From: Ptychomitrium polyphyllum
Taxonomy: Eukaryota
Assembly (NCBI GenBank): GCA_973851085.1
Contig: OZ316775.1
Span: 8,680,001-8,744,000, forward strand
Direction of reading: 5' to 3'
DNA: 64,000 nt
The translations under genes were made by a program, and so were the position numbers. Positions 44,731-57,356 of the stretch are shown piece by piece. Below the pieces are notes generated by a model. The model made no database searches. It worked only from the letters and a program-made list of their open reading frames with translations, and was not told where the DNA came from. How positions within the stretch are numbered: position 1 is the first letter of the stretch; each line of letters begins with the position of its first letter.

Positions 44731-46447
44731 TTATAAATAGTAACGACCTTGCTCCTCTACTATTTTTTGAGAATAGTTTGTAAGATGAAGGAGCCTCAAA
44801 TTTAATCTTAAGTCATCATCTTTTTCTTCCTGCAAAGTATATTTTAAAAAAAAATTATATCATAAACTATATTTTGCATATGTTGACAATTCTAAAATAT
44901 GATTACGTTATGAAATCTTAGATGAGTTTATACTAGCTCTTATTCTTAAGATAAACAATGAAAGTTAAACACCTTAGTTTTGACATTTGGAAGCTTGAAA
45001 AAGAATGCATGCTTTAGCATTTCTGGAAAAATAATAAACCTGCAAATTCCATTAAATTACCATCACAAAAAATTATAAAGTTACTTATTGCAATTTTAAA
45101 CTGCTTGCATATCTTAATGTTGGTTGGTATTTAAATAAACATGAGTAAATTTAAAAGAAAAATGTAAAACTTTGGCCTTTATAACTTTAAGAAATTTAAT
45201 AAGATGTTTATTTGCAATAAAGAACCATGATATTATTATAGGTAGTAGCAAATACAATAATTGAACATTATGTGCTATAATGTAATTTTAAAATAGATTA
45301 TGGAACATAATTTTTACAAGATTATACAGATAGGCATTGTTTAAAATTTAGACATGAATGTTAAAAATAACCTCATTCTTCGTCCTCGAATAAATATTAG
45401 ATCCAATTTGAAATTTTTTTGTTTGTGTTTGTTTTTTTGTGTCTTTTTCTATTTCATCCCAAACCACACTATTTCTTGGTAAATGATGTTTTTTTTATAT
45501 AAGGCATTTTCTATTATTCCACACATTGATTGTAGTATCTTCCAAATCATATTGTAAATGCCAATAGGGTGCCAAATCACATCATTTTTCTTTACATATA
45601 ATATATATATATTATAAAATTAGATTTTTAATGATTCAAAAAATGCCTAAAATTGTATGATATGTGGCATCAAATCATATGATCAATTTGATAAATGATA
45701 ACATTTGTTCCATTAATGTGTTTCTCTACATAAAAAATTAAATGCATCTTTTGAAGTGATTATATTTTAAAATGCTTCATTTAATAAAATTTAAATTTTG
45801 ATAATGAAAGACTAAAATTTATATTATAAATTTGGCAAAAGGAACAAAGACCTATAATTCTCTTTTCATAAATATTTATAACTTCATGTCATAAATTTTG
45901 TGGTAAATAAATGAAGGTTCAAATTATTAATCTTGCAATTGTAAAAAATCCATGCACCAATCTCATTTGTTCTCTCCACAAAGCAAAAAATGTAGCTAAA
46001 ATTAATTGAAACAATTCTATAAAACTTAAATTATTGTAAAAACAATGGTGAACATTTAAAGCTACAATTTTTTTTTAAAGCCAACATAATTACTATTGCA
46101 CTTTAAAAAAAAAAATTCATTTCACTCACCAAGGTTCTAAAATTTTGATTACAATAGAAAAAATGTACTTTCTTGGAAATATATGTAATGTCTTCAAGTT
46201 GGCTCGTCCAATTATTCTCAGATTCAATGAGCGTGCCCCAACAAATATCACTATTTTTAAGCTCTAAAGTCACTCTATGACCTTCTCCTTCATGGAGTAG
46301 CTTCAGAGGCGTTCCTATATCATCTTCTTTATTCACTTGTTCTCCAAATTGACCAATTTTGGATTTTTTTGGACCAATGCCTTTATTTTTAAATGACATG
46401 AAGTTCATCTTGATATAGTCTCTATCTTTAGCAAACATAGAATTCAT
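44731..46447 (-). CDS. Divergent SmD3-like small nuclear ribonucleoprotein (173 aa if spliced as predicted); intact gene or young pseudogene
   Basis: Exons 46447-46169, 45448-45372, 45039-44973, 44829-44731 join in frame with GT-AG: IGTPLKLLHEGEGHRVTLELK..QLEDITY / LDLIFIRGRRMR / FIIFPEMLKHAFFFK, matching SmD3 Sm1/Sm2 and the following helix. Confidence 0.78.
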
Positions 46448-47721
46448 TATGAAGAGCTTTTTTAAAAATAAAATATTATGGTGGTGTAAGATGTAAAAAG
46501 ATTTATGCTTTTAATGTTGAATAAATATGAGTGCAAAGAATTAATAACCTATTTATTACCAACAATCTATAAAAATGACCTAATTAGCAACGATTATCAT
46601 TTAAAAATATTATAATAACATCATTTTTATCTTCAGCCACATAATCTTCTAATCTAATTTGACCATGGAAACTAATGTTTGTTGGAAGTACATATTAAGA
46701 GTACATTTAGCATATTTTTCTTTTCCTACCAAGTTCCAAGAAGAAGATCAAAGTGACATCTTAATTCAGTGTTATCACAAAGAAGTTAAAATTTTAATGA
46801 ACAATTTATAAGTGAGTTTGCTTCAAAATATTATGCCATTAATAGTACGTGACTTAATATTTTAAAAATTATTACTGAAGTTAAATTTAAATAAAATTTG
46901 TTTTTTTAGAATATATTACATTGATTTGGAAATATGGAATAACCAAAATTCCTGTATTATGGTAAAAGTCAAATTTGTGTTATAATAACTGTAGAGGTGT
47001 GGTTATTTTCTAAACACTTTTATGCGAATATATTGGAAGAAATGTAGAAATAAATTTTGAATAAATCAATCTTTATTAAAAATAATAATGATAAAAATGT
47101 ATAAAATATACTTGTTAAGTTTGTGATTTATATAATAAACTGCTAATATGAATTGGTATAAATCAATTGTGAAATAACTAAAATATGAAAAAATAGTTAT
47201 GAAAATCTCAATGGATATAATGTTAATGAATATAATGTTAATATATAGGCACAAATTTATGTAATTACCTCAATTTTATTCATTCAAAACTTTCATTATA
47301 CACTTAATATGAATCCAAGCATTACTTTCAAAAATAAATATATGATGTGTCTAAATTAATTTTTAAAATCTTTTTGGCACCAAGACTTCAAAAAAGCCTT
47401 ATACAATTTATGTGTTTTTTGTGTTTGTTCTAAATTTCATTTTGTGCAAAAATAAAAAACGACTATTACTAATATGAATCATTTATAGAATAAAATAATG
47501 GTTATGAAATTTATATTTTCATTGATTAATTGTAAAAACTTACTATTTTAAATTCAAATGTACATTTCAGCATCATATATTTTGAGTTGATCCAAATTCC
47601 TTAACAAATAATTGTGATATATTCATAAAGATTCTATTGTAATATTTTTTCATCATGAATTTGTAATCTTAGTTCTTATGAAGATGTAAAATTTTTGGAT
47701 ATGAAAAAATATCAACAAAAA

Positions 47722-47724
<3 letters not shown>

Positions 47725-47763
<39 letters not shown>
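47725..47763 (+). repeat. (TAA)13 microsatellite followed by a short inverted (TTA)n run
   Basis: Direct reading. Confidence 0.95.
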
Positions 47764-47764
<1 letters not shown>

Positions 47765-48530
47765 TATTATTATTTAAAAGATATGTGTATTTTGAATTAC
47801 CATTATAAATAATTAAAGATATAAATGATAAATTTAAAAATCAAATTGTAATCAAATAGAAAAAACTAAAAAAATTATAAATAGTAAAAAAAAATACTAT
47901 AATTTGAAAGAATGTTTGGTTTTTTTAAATACACTTAGCACAAAAAGTTTCAAAGTTTTGGAAAAGTTTTAGAACAAGGATCTTTACATTCATATTTTGT
48001 ATTTCTTAGATATTAGCTAAGGTTACAATAAAATAAAGCTATATATTACAACAACCCTTTCAAAGCAGTCATTCATCTTTCCTTTAAAACCTTCATGTGC
48101 TTTCAAAGATATGATAGGATGCTTTCTAAAAAAACCTTCTAACTTTCAAATTATAACAAAGAAACTAAGAACATTGTAGATTGTCCGTGTTTCTTACAAA
48201 GAATCTATATAAGATCCTTATTATATTAGAATAGGCCCTTAAGTAGGAAGATATTTTAATTGTATTTATGAAATATTCAAATATATGATACCTAAAACTA
48301 GGTAGTATATCTTACAATACAATGCAATATAATGGTTATTCCAGTTCATATTCATGTGATGCCTAGGTGATCAGTAAGTACTGGTAAAACATTTTCAAGC
48401 GCATAGTAAAAAGGTCAAAAAACCTACAATGAAGAGTTTAGGCAGAAATGGTTACAAAATACTCCCACTTGAAAGTAACTCATCAATAGAATTTCAATAT
48501 CACTCGAGCACCGACATACCATCACCACAA

Positions 48531-48592
48531 TATCACCCGTGTATAACCAGGGAGTATCACCCGTGTATAACCAGGGAGTATCACCCGTGTAT
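48531..48592 (+). repeat. 24-bp tandem repeat TATCACCCGTGTATAACCAGGGAG (2 full copies plus partial) in a promoter-like region
   Basis: Copies at 48531, 48555, 48579. Confidence 0.95.
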
Positions 48593-50894
48593 CAAAGCAA
48601 TCAAATTGTGAATATCGTGGAAATTGTAAGTTCCCTCAGTAGTCTTCCTGCTTCTTCTTTCGTTTTTTGTGGTCGCTTTTCTTTTTTCTCTCCTGTTTCT
48701 CTCTTTTAGTTTTGTTGTTGTTCGTAGTTTCTGTTGGTGTGTGTTGCTCTCCAAGATATCCTCTGTGCCATCTCTTCAGCAACAAAACGCCCTCTCTCGG
48801 CCATTTTTAGTTGGCAATCTATGAGGCAATGATGAGTCAGTCGTCAGGTTTAGACTACTTGCTTTTCATGGTTGGTGCTGCTTTCCTGTGGCTATGTTTA
48901 CAGTCAGGCTTGGAGGTGCAACATCTACCTTGTTGACGGTTTGGGAGGATGTATTGTTGGATTTGCTGGAAACTTGGAGAGCGTTGCTAGTGCTGTAGAT
49001 CTAGATGGTGATGCTCTGCTTCGAGATTTCGGCACCTGTTACCTGACTAGTCGGTAGCCATGTCCTTTGCCATTGTTTCTGTGGTGTATGATCGTATAAA
49101 GCTTTGTGTTACTGGAATTGGGTCACTTGTAGGAGAATTGGTCTCGTTGTATGTTCTTTCGGGGAAATGTTATGAAACTTGAGTAGTAGTTAATTGGACG
49201 AGTCTAAGGTAAGTCTTGTGCTTTTTCTTCACCTGTGAACGCTTAATCTCTCACGAGATTAATATTTTGACTTGAACAGTTGACATTGATTTCCTGTGTG
49301 CCAACTAACGTTATGCATTCAGGTTTGATTCAATACCCAAAATTGTATGTTGCATGGCATATATGATACACCTTTTAGAGATCAATCAGGTGGCTCTTCA
49401 TTGTTTAGGTGACTCCTAAGGTTTCTTTGTATCGTATGAGAAGGACATGGTATGTTTGTCTTTTTGCGTACTCCTGCTGTGGATATTTTTCATGAAATAA
49501 ATTGCCTTTCAATACTCAGCTACTTGAATGCTCGTATGGTGTGTTTGGGAAGTCTTCATTGGAAGTTCATGTTTAGGTTTAGTCAGGTTCTTCAACTTTG
49601 TGGTTGTTTTTTTCCCTGTGAGAATCTTACAGCAGAGTTCGTTGCAAAGTGACAATTCTATGAGATGCTCACGGGAAATGAACTGGCTTTACACATTCTG
49701 AGACATATATGGTGCTTTTGGAGAAAATTAATTAGGTGGGTCTCTCAATCTATTTTTTACTAACTTATATAGCATTTCTTTACAATTCCTTTGATGTGTA
49801 CAAGAGGCGCAAGCTTTACATGTAAACCCCTTTATGCAGAAATCAGGGTCTTTATTTGAGAATCTTGTACTACACTCACATCTTTCTACACTTAATCTCT
49901 CAAGGAGCTACCTATGACGTAAATACACTGTATTTTGGCCTTTTTGCACTAGTAACCAAGTTCCAAAAACTCTGAAAACTTTGAATAATACTCTTTAGTC
50001 GTGTGATATTGTTCCAAAAAGAGATGCCAAAACAAGTGTATGTGTTAACACAGCATTAGTATTCATTCTGCACAAATGTATCCAATCACTTTGAAGGGGT
50101 TAACTGCACTACTCTGTTGCAAACATTATCGAGTGTTAAACATGGTTCCATTCTTTCCAACTCATCTTGTGAATAAGCAATGTGGCACGCGTTGTGCCAA
50201 GCTCAGCATTGGCATGGCGCATGGGATCAACGTGCAACTCAGAAAACAACCGACTTAGAAGACTTGTAAGTTCAGTTCAGACAGGCAGACAGCAGCATCA
50301 GGGTTTCAAAGCTGCAGCCTGAGCACTTGCAGTAGTTCGCCTCTAGTCATACAAGTCACACCATTTCGTGCAAACCTTTCCACCCTTACTCTGAAAGTTG
50401 TGTTCATCTCATGCAAACGTGATTGAGTCTCACGCCTGTGTGCTCATAATCCTCACTGGTTATCCAAATTATATGAGAGCGAAACTGAAGATCAAGTTAT
50501 CCGAACTTCAGGCAATTCCTCGACCTCTACCAGAATGCCAGAGCATACTGTAGGAATGCCAAGTGGCCATGGTCGACAGCACCCAAATGTTCGGAAAGCT
50601 CAGTTTCATAGGAAGCACTAGACCAGCAGGCTTGATGCAATCTTCGATTGCTTTGTGATGACGTAAAGCTATAGATGCAGATGAAGGAAATATTTCATCT
50701 TTGCTCATGTTGTATGTTTATGTTAGGTGCTGTACAGTACCTGCTTTGGATTTACGTGCGCAATTTGGAGTCGATTCAGAGCCAGTGAATCGAAGGAGCA
50801 ACGTTTCCGCGACAGGTGAGTGCAGGGAGAGAGAGAGGGAGCAGAGGTGAGGGGATTCGATTTGGGTGGAGGCTTTGAATAGAGGTTTGCCAAG

Positions 50895-53800
50895 ATGGCG
50901 CGAGTGGTGCGCTTCGTCTGTGTGGGTTTCACAGCGAGCGTTGCGCTCTACTTGCTGCTGTGCTTGAGCCTGTTTCCTCTGGTGATGTACCCACCTCGGC
51001 CGCAGTATCTCCCTGCGGAAGACCAAGAGGTGGTGGCCGATTTCACCCAGAGTTCTTGCCCGGCGCATCTAATAGCTACCGAGTCAGGTGAGACTATCAC
51101 CGTTCTGATTCTGGGCCCCCTTCGACCACGCTTTTGTTGCTGCTTTAGTGGATTATGTTTCTGGCGCTGCGATCGTGCTTTCGGTTGAAATTGATGACGA
51201 TTCTGAGTTACATAGGCTGCATTGGTTGTGACGTCTCCTGGGTTTTATCGACGGGATTGCAATCTCTTGAGCTTTTTTCCCGCGCTTACTAGTTGATCTT
51301 GTTTCGGAGTGAGAGCAGATTGCAAAGCAAAGGCAGGGGATTTTTTCTTTGGATTAGCCACCGCTCCTGCGCATGTTGAAGACAACTTGAACGACTCGTG
51401 GCTAGAATTTGCTCAGAGTTCGGTAATGTTCATGTCTTTGCAAGGATTGATCTTTTCTTTCCTTTGATGATGGGTTCGTGATTTGGGCTAAGATTTGGCG
51501 AGTTTGATGGGAGGCAGAAAACTCAGGTGAGAGCATGGCACAACGTCCCTCTCCCAGGCGAGCGTTTGCGCTTCTGGTCAGCTCCGAATGTGGAGATAGA
51601 GTTGGCGAAAGAAGCTGGCTCATCCGTGTTCCGGCTTGGCATAGACTGGGGTCGGATTGTACCCCAGGAGCCGGTAAATGGAACCCAAGCAGTGGTATGC
51701 TCGTCCCTTTCAAACTACCTACCTCTGCTCATTGCAACGATTTCCCTTGTTGCACAGTTGGTGTTGTTTCGTATTGAGATGGGGTTTGGATTTGATTCTG
51801 TGGAAAGGTTGACATGGAAGCGGTGGAGCATTACAAATGGATTCTGCAAACGGTGAAGGATAACAACCTGCGAGTGATGCTTACTCTCTTTCATCATTCA
51901 TTGCCGAAGTGGGCCCTGGTTTATGGAGGGTGGATTGACTCTCGTACCATCTCTTACTTCGAAGAGTTTGCAAGGTGATGTTCGTTTGCCCAAATTTGAT
52001 CATACGCTGTAATGCTTGTTATGTTCCTGGACTTGTTATGTTGCTCATAAGCTGTGATGGTGCAGGTTTTCTAAGGAACAGTTTGGAGAGTATGTGGACT
52101 ACTGGGTCACATTCAACGAGCCACACATCTTCGTCATTCTGACTCATTGTTCTGGGACCTGGCCTCCTGGTAATAAGCCATCTACAGTGGAGTCACTCTT
52201 CTGCTTCACACCCTGGGGACATTATGGCCGGGCCATGGACGCGATCACCAAAGCACACATTGCTGCATATAAGGCTCTCCATGAAGGGTGGGTACATGTA
52301 CTTGACTATAGCTGTATATTCCTGCCATTATATTCCTCTTATATTGTGAATGGGTTTCAATGTCACAATCTGAAAGATCTGATTGTGTTTTACAGGTCAG
52401 TGAAAGCAGTTGTTGGAGTGGCACACCACGTTGGAGTTATACAGCCTTATGGCCTGCTTGACCTTCCAATTGTTTACCTAACAAGGATATTTACAGAATT
52501 TCACTGGATAGATGCTATACAGGATTATTTGGACTACTGTGGAATCAACTACTATGGCCAGGTCAGGTCTTTTTGCCCTTTCTGTATGCAACCTTTTTCA
52601 TGTAACGTTTTCTATCTTTCTTGTTTACTTCTAGCTTCCAAACATTGACCCTTGGAAATATGGCTGCAGGAAATCTTATCAGGAGCAGGTCTAATGCTAG
52701 TTCCAGAAGAAGAGTACAGCGAGGCAGGGCGAGGTGTGTACCCTGACGGCCTCTTCCAGGTCCTTGTTGCATTTCATAACCGCTACAAGATAAAGCAACC
52801 GAAGCTTCGGTACATCATCACTGAGAACGGGTTTGCGGATGCCCGCGACATTATCCGCCGCCCGTATCTTGTTGAACACTTGCTTGCCGTCCATGCTGCG
52901 ATTCAGCAGGTTCGTACCGGTTCCCTCCTTTCCATCTTTCAGTGCTAGTAGTTGTCCAATTTAGGTTGGACCGAAGTCTTCAACATTTGTTTATAATACC
53001 TTAGACCATATTGGTGCAATTTAACTCATGAATTCGATTTTGTTTAAGAAAAGTATTAACTGCACAATACTATTACACTCAGGCAGTAACGAATTCCCTT
53101 TACACTGTTCATTCTGGGAATTATTCCTATTACTTGCTTATCAAGAGCTTTGTAATTTGTGCAGGGTGTCCCAGTAGATGGTTACCTGCAATGGACCATT
53201 TCAGATAACTGGGAATGGGCAGATGGTTATTGTCCCAAGTTTGGCCTTGTTGACGTTGACAGGTCACGCAATCTTACTCGAGTTCCACGGCCTTCTTACT
53301 ATATGTATAAGCAGGTAACAATTCAGTTCTTTTGAGGTCAAGATTGAAGCACCTGAATTTATCACTCACTTCCACTTCTTAGGTCTCGAATGAAGCACCT
53401 AGAGCTCTAGTATCCAATATTTGCTTCTAGTTTTTGCTCTTTTCAAAGGTTAGCATGCAATTGCTCTTAATGTTTCAGGCTACAGCTCAGTTACCAGTAC
53501 ATGATCATTTCACGTATATACTTCCACAGATTTCGAAGTCCGGTATCATAACCAAAGAACAACGAGAGGGGGAGTGGCAAACATTGCAAGGGGAGATAAA
53601 AAGGGGCGGGGTTCGCCCTTTTTGTCGTGCTGTGGCACAAGATAACCGTATGTGGGCTGGTGAGATTTTTAAACTTTTGATCTTTAGTTTTGAATGCTCG
53701 AGGTTTCGATCCTACTAGAAGGTTTACATATTTCTAACTATCGAGTGTGAACAGAGTCGCTTGACACGCCACGGATGAGGGCCATTGCCAACAAAGATTG

Positions 53801-53957
53801 GCGCTTTACGAAATACACGCAACCCAGCCTGCTTGAGTATATAAGGCGCTCGTTTGAAGTGGCGGGGATACTTTTGAAGGACATTTTGCGTTTACTGTTA
53901 GGTGGGTCGCTAATGGATGTCAGTCTTCCTCCAGAAATCGTTTCTGGTGAGTTTTGA
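50895..53957 (+). CDS. SFR2: SFR2-like glycoside hydrolase family 1 (galactolipid galactosyltransferase-like)
   Basis: Ten exons (approx. 50895-51087, 51319-51422, 51518-51694, 51808-51974, 52066-52287, 52396-52561, 52670-52909, 53165-53314, 53531-53659, 53755-53957). FFFGLATAPAHVED, AWHN..ERLRFWS, catalytic TFNEP and ITENG, SDNWEWADGY. N-terminal TM segment. Confidence 0.9.
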
Positions 53958-54150
53958 AGTTTCTTCAGCCGATTAAATATCTTTACTCTTTGACTGTAGC
54001 TTTGCTTTTAGGAACCTGTAGCCATATGAAAGCTTTGGTTTTTTTTGTTCCTGAAAACTTGTAGATTCTTTGGGCTATGTTGTTTAGCTCTTCTTTACTG
54101 CTGGTTTGGTCTGGGAGAAATCAGAGTCCCTTCTGGAAACGGTGATGCAT

Positions 54151-54233
54151 CTTATACTTTCGAGGCTAATTCTCCACTGACTGAAGCAGTCGAAAGTATA
54201 AGCTGCTTCAGTCAGTGGAGAAGCAGTAAGATT
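54151..54233. repeat. Interlocked perfect inverted repeats (13 bp and 20 bp) with a third arm copy at 54733-54760
   Basis: 54151-54163 is the reverse complement of 54190-54202; 54170-54189 is the reverse complement of 54203-54222. Confidence 0.95.
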
Positions 54234-55904
54234 GGACTGGTAAATATGGAATTGATTTCTACTATACTACCATAATGATCCATCTCTTCGCGTTTTACTT
54301 GTTCCTGCTCATCTGATGTGATTTTTTCTTTTTAATTTATGAGATCCTTGTTCTTTGTATTATGAAGATGTCGGTGCATGGTGGAAAATACACTCTGTTT
54401 AGAGCTGGGCTATGTGTCCTGAAAGCAATTGCTCAAGTTAATCGTATATCACGTTTGCTAAGAAGCTGCAGCAGTCTGAGGTCTCAAATGTAAGTAGTGG
54501 TAATTTTTTAAGAATGTTGGAGCAGTCTTATATAGTTATGCACTCATATGATGAACAATAGACATCAACCTGTTTTCTAATTTTCATTTTACAGCTGGGA
54601 AAGTTTATAACAAGTCAAGAGGATGGAGAACTTCACAAAGCAGCATCTGGCTTTCTAATTCTATAGCATCTCAGTGAAAACATCGCCTCACCCAAATTCA
54701 GATCCTAATTTGTTCACCTTGCTTCTGTCAAAAATCTTACTGCTTCAGTCAGTGGAGAAGTTTTGAAAATTGTTAAAGCACTGATATGGTCATGTTAAAC
54801 TCTAGCCCCTTGTGAGGAATAAGGAGGCCGTCATGCACGTTGTTATCATTAGGAATTTGGCTTTAGGTTACAGCCTGCATGCAACAAAGTACATGCATAC
54901 CAGAGTAGAATTAGCAAAAGTGCTATTACAAATTGATTTAACAACGTGCTTCACGGAAGTGATTAACGGAACGAGCCTTAGTGCAGTATGCTCCGATATT
55001 ACTAATTCACGGTGATACAAATGTAGCAATATTCTGCTTCAGTAGTGGGCAACCCAAGTTCTCCAGCATAACAAAGGGTGCATCAGGTGTACTGTACATC
55101 AAAATTAGTCGTACCTGTAAGTAAGTAAAGGACAAACTGGTCTACTGCGGTTGCTGGAAACAACCAAAAATTTATGCGCTTATACGGAAACGACAAGGGA
55201 TTTGGGGATACCTGGTACAGAGACGGAGAAAAAGGCTCTGAGCAAATGGGTCATTCGAGGATGTCCAGGTCCACATTATGCTTGCACTTCTCCTCTGCAT
55301 TCTCTGAAAAGGATAGCGCTACTGGCTACGTCATGGCGGTCTGTGCAAAAGCCAATTGCAAAACCTCATAGTGCCCAAACAAGTAGGAAAAAAATCTTTC
55401 ACTAGCTCTAACGAATAAGTGTAATCCTGCCATACCGTAGAAGACAATGCAATACATCCAATAGCACAGCAGAATGTGAGTTACACAAAAAGCTCTGTTT
55501 TGTTCACTGAAGGTGCACAAAATAGGAAGAAGAAAAGAGCACCTTCTTAACACCCGCTGCTCAAGCTTTACTTCAGAAACTAATGATTTAGAACGAAGCA
55601 TACGGTGAGAACTGAACTTTAAACGAACACCTCCATAACGATTGCACCTTATATTAGCCAACCATTGTCAACCGATTATTTCTCGAGATCTAGTGTCATC
55701 TAATGATCATCAGAAATAATGATACTAGCGCCTAAACGGGGGGAAAGATGACTTCAAGACACCTTGCTATAAAATCACTGTGTACTGCATCAAATAATCT
55801 CAAATCTTCATTTTATGAATGAAAGACTTTACAACAGAGCCAAGCAAATGGTGGAGTTCAAACACATAGCACCTACAGTATCTGAAAACATCAATACTCC
55901 TAAA

Positions 55905-56098
55905 CTCATGTTCCAAACTGTCCCCTTTGTTCATTCTAACTTTAGTACATACGGCTCGAGTCAGCGAGAAAACTGCTGCACTAGTGCAAATTGTCAAAGC
56001 ATTGGTAGTGTCACAGTAGACCCTAGAGCCTTGTAAGGAACGACGAGGTAGCCATTCTCCCAACGTCTACCTGATGATGGTTCTGCAGCCTGCATGCT
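55905..56098 (+). repeat. Diverged direct repeat, copy 1 (copy 2 at ~60133-60327)
   Basis: Shared core GTGCAAATTGTCAAAGCA..TAGTGTCACAGTAGAC..AGCCATTCT..TCTACCTGA. Confidence 0.85.
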
Positions 56099-56777
56099 GG
56101 AAACGTACAATCTCCTAGCTGTCTTGCTGTTAAGCACATGTATCTCACCTGTGTGTTTGTAAGCATAACAGTTTCGGTCCCTGGTCCTGGAAACGTTCCT
56201 TTGCTGTTTGAAGTTTAATATGTAGAGGTGGCATCCCTTCGCCAAAAACCATGTTCAACAAGAAATGACTGAAAAACATCCATATCTTGCTGCGGAGGCT
56301 TGTGAGGAACACAATTTTGATTCTGCTCCAATCCGAAGACCAGATCTCATCCATAAACCTTTGAACCAAAGCAATACTACGATCAACAACGGATTGAAGA
56401 TCTCATCTAGAGCATTTCATCCAAATGAGCCTTGGGCCGAGACGATGAGTCCGTGAGTTCAGACTCGAGCAGCCAAGTTTTCTCACCCGTGCCATTCTGA
56501 AACACGGGAAGTGCCTGAAATGCAGCAAACATTTCAAAAGATATCCGCCCGAGTATCCTCAGGGTATCTCATCAGCATCTCCCCAATGTTTCAGCAGTAT
56601 CACAGGAGTATCATGTAGGTAACAGTCGTAAAGAGGACATCGTACGTCTTGCACTCGTTGTGAATCAGGACCTCCGTTGTTCTTCAACCCCGGAGGTGCT
56701 CGCCTCTGAGCTCGTCCTCTGCCCTGCGGCTCCTTTTCGTGCTCTTCCCTGCGTGCTTAGTCCTCATCCTCGTGGTC

Positions 56778-57356
56778 GAGCTGCTCTTACTCGATCCTCG
56801 TGGTATGAGTTTTGTAGGTGATCCGTTGATCACGTTTAACGTATTGTTCACCATTGCTCCTGCCTCATCGGGGTGTTAAAATTGTTGGCGGGGGAGGTTG
56901 CGCGGACAATGAGCGCATTGTACCACAGATTAGGACACGGAATTCTGAGAAACGAAGCTTTAGAAGAGATTTCGAAGAGTTTTTTGTTTCGTGTAGGCTC
57001 ATCGCCATGTCTGAGCTAGATTTCTTCGCCTTCGAGCTCCTGCTTCTCTATGCCACTCACCACTTCTGCTTCTGACGTTCTTCCTTGTATTGTTACTCGT
57101 TCTTGTGCTCACGCTGCTCTTAACCGGTCCTCATGGTGTAGGTTTGTAGGTGATCCGTTGAATCACGGTTAATTTGTTGCTCACCATTGCTCCTGCCTCG
57201 TTAGAGTGTTAGGACTGTTAGCAGGTGAGGTTTCGTGGACTATGAGCACATTGTACCACGTACTAGATCATAGAATCTGAGAAATAAAGCTTTGTAGGAT
57301 TGTAGAATTCTTCCTTTTTCTGGATATTTCATCACCATGTCTGAGCTAGATCTTCT
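56778..57356 (+). repeat. Diverged tandem duplication (~250-bp unit, ~330-bp period)
   Basis: Both copies (56778-57027, 57111-57356) share TTTGTAGGTGATCCGTTGA, CACCATTGCTCCTGCCTC, CATTGTACCAC, CCATGTCTGAGCTAGAT. Confidence 0.9.

Larger units (their letters stand above)
42500..48300. other. Large AT-rich, CG-depleted island containing the SmD3-like gene
   Basis: Composition visible directly in the sequence. Confidence 0.7.

Noticed and set aside
48531..48592. Short direct repeats as a CRISPR-like array
   Set aside because: Head-to-tail copies with no spacers, in eukaryotic DNA with no cas genes
54170..54222. Known miRNA precursor
   Set aside because: Arms match no conserved plant miRNA I recognise and the hairpin is short; kept only as a structural finding
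55151..56456. Chain of short ORFs on both strands
   Set aside because: Could not be assembled into a consistent gene or assigned to a family
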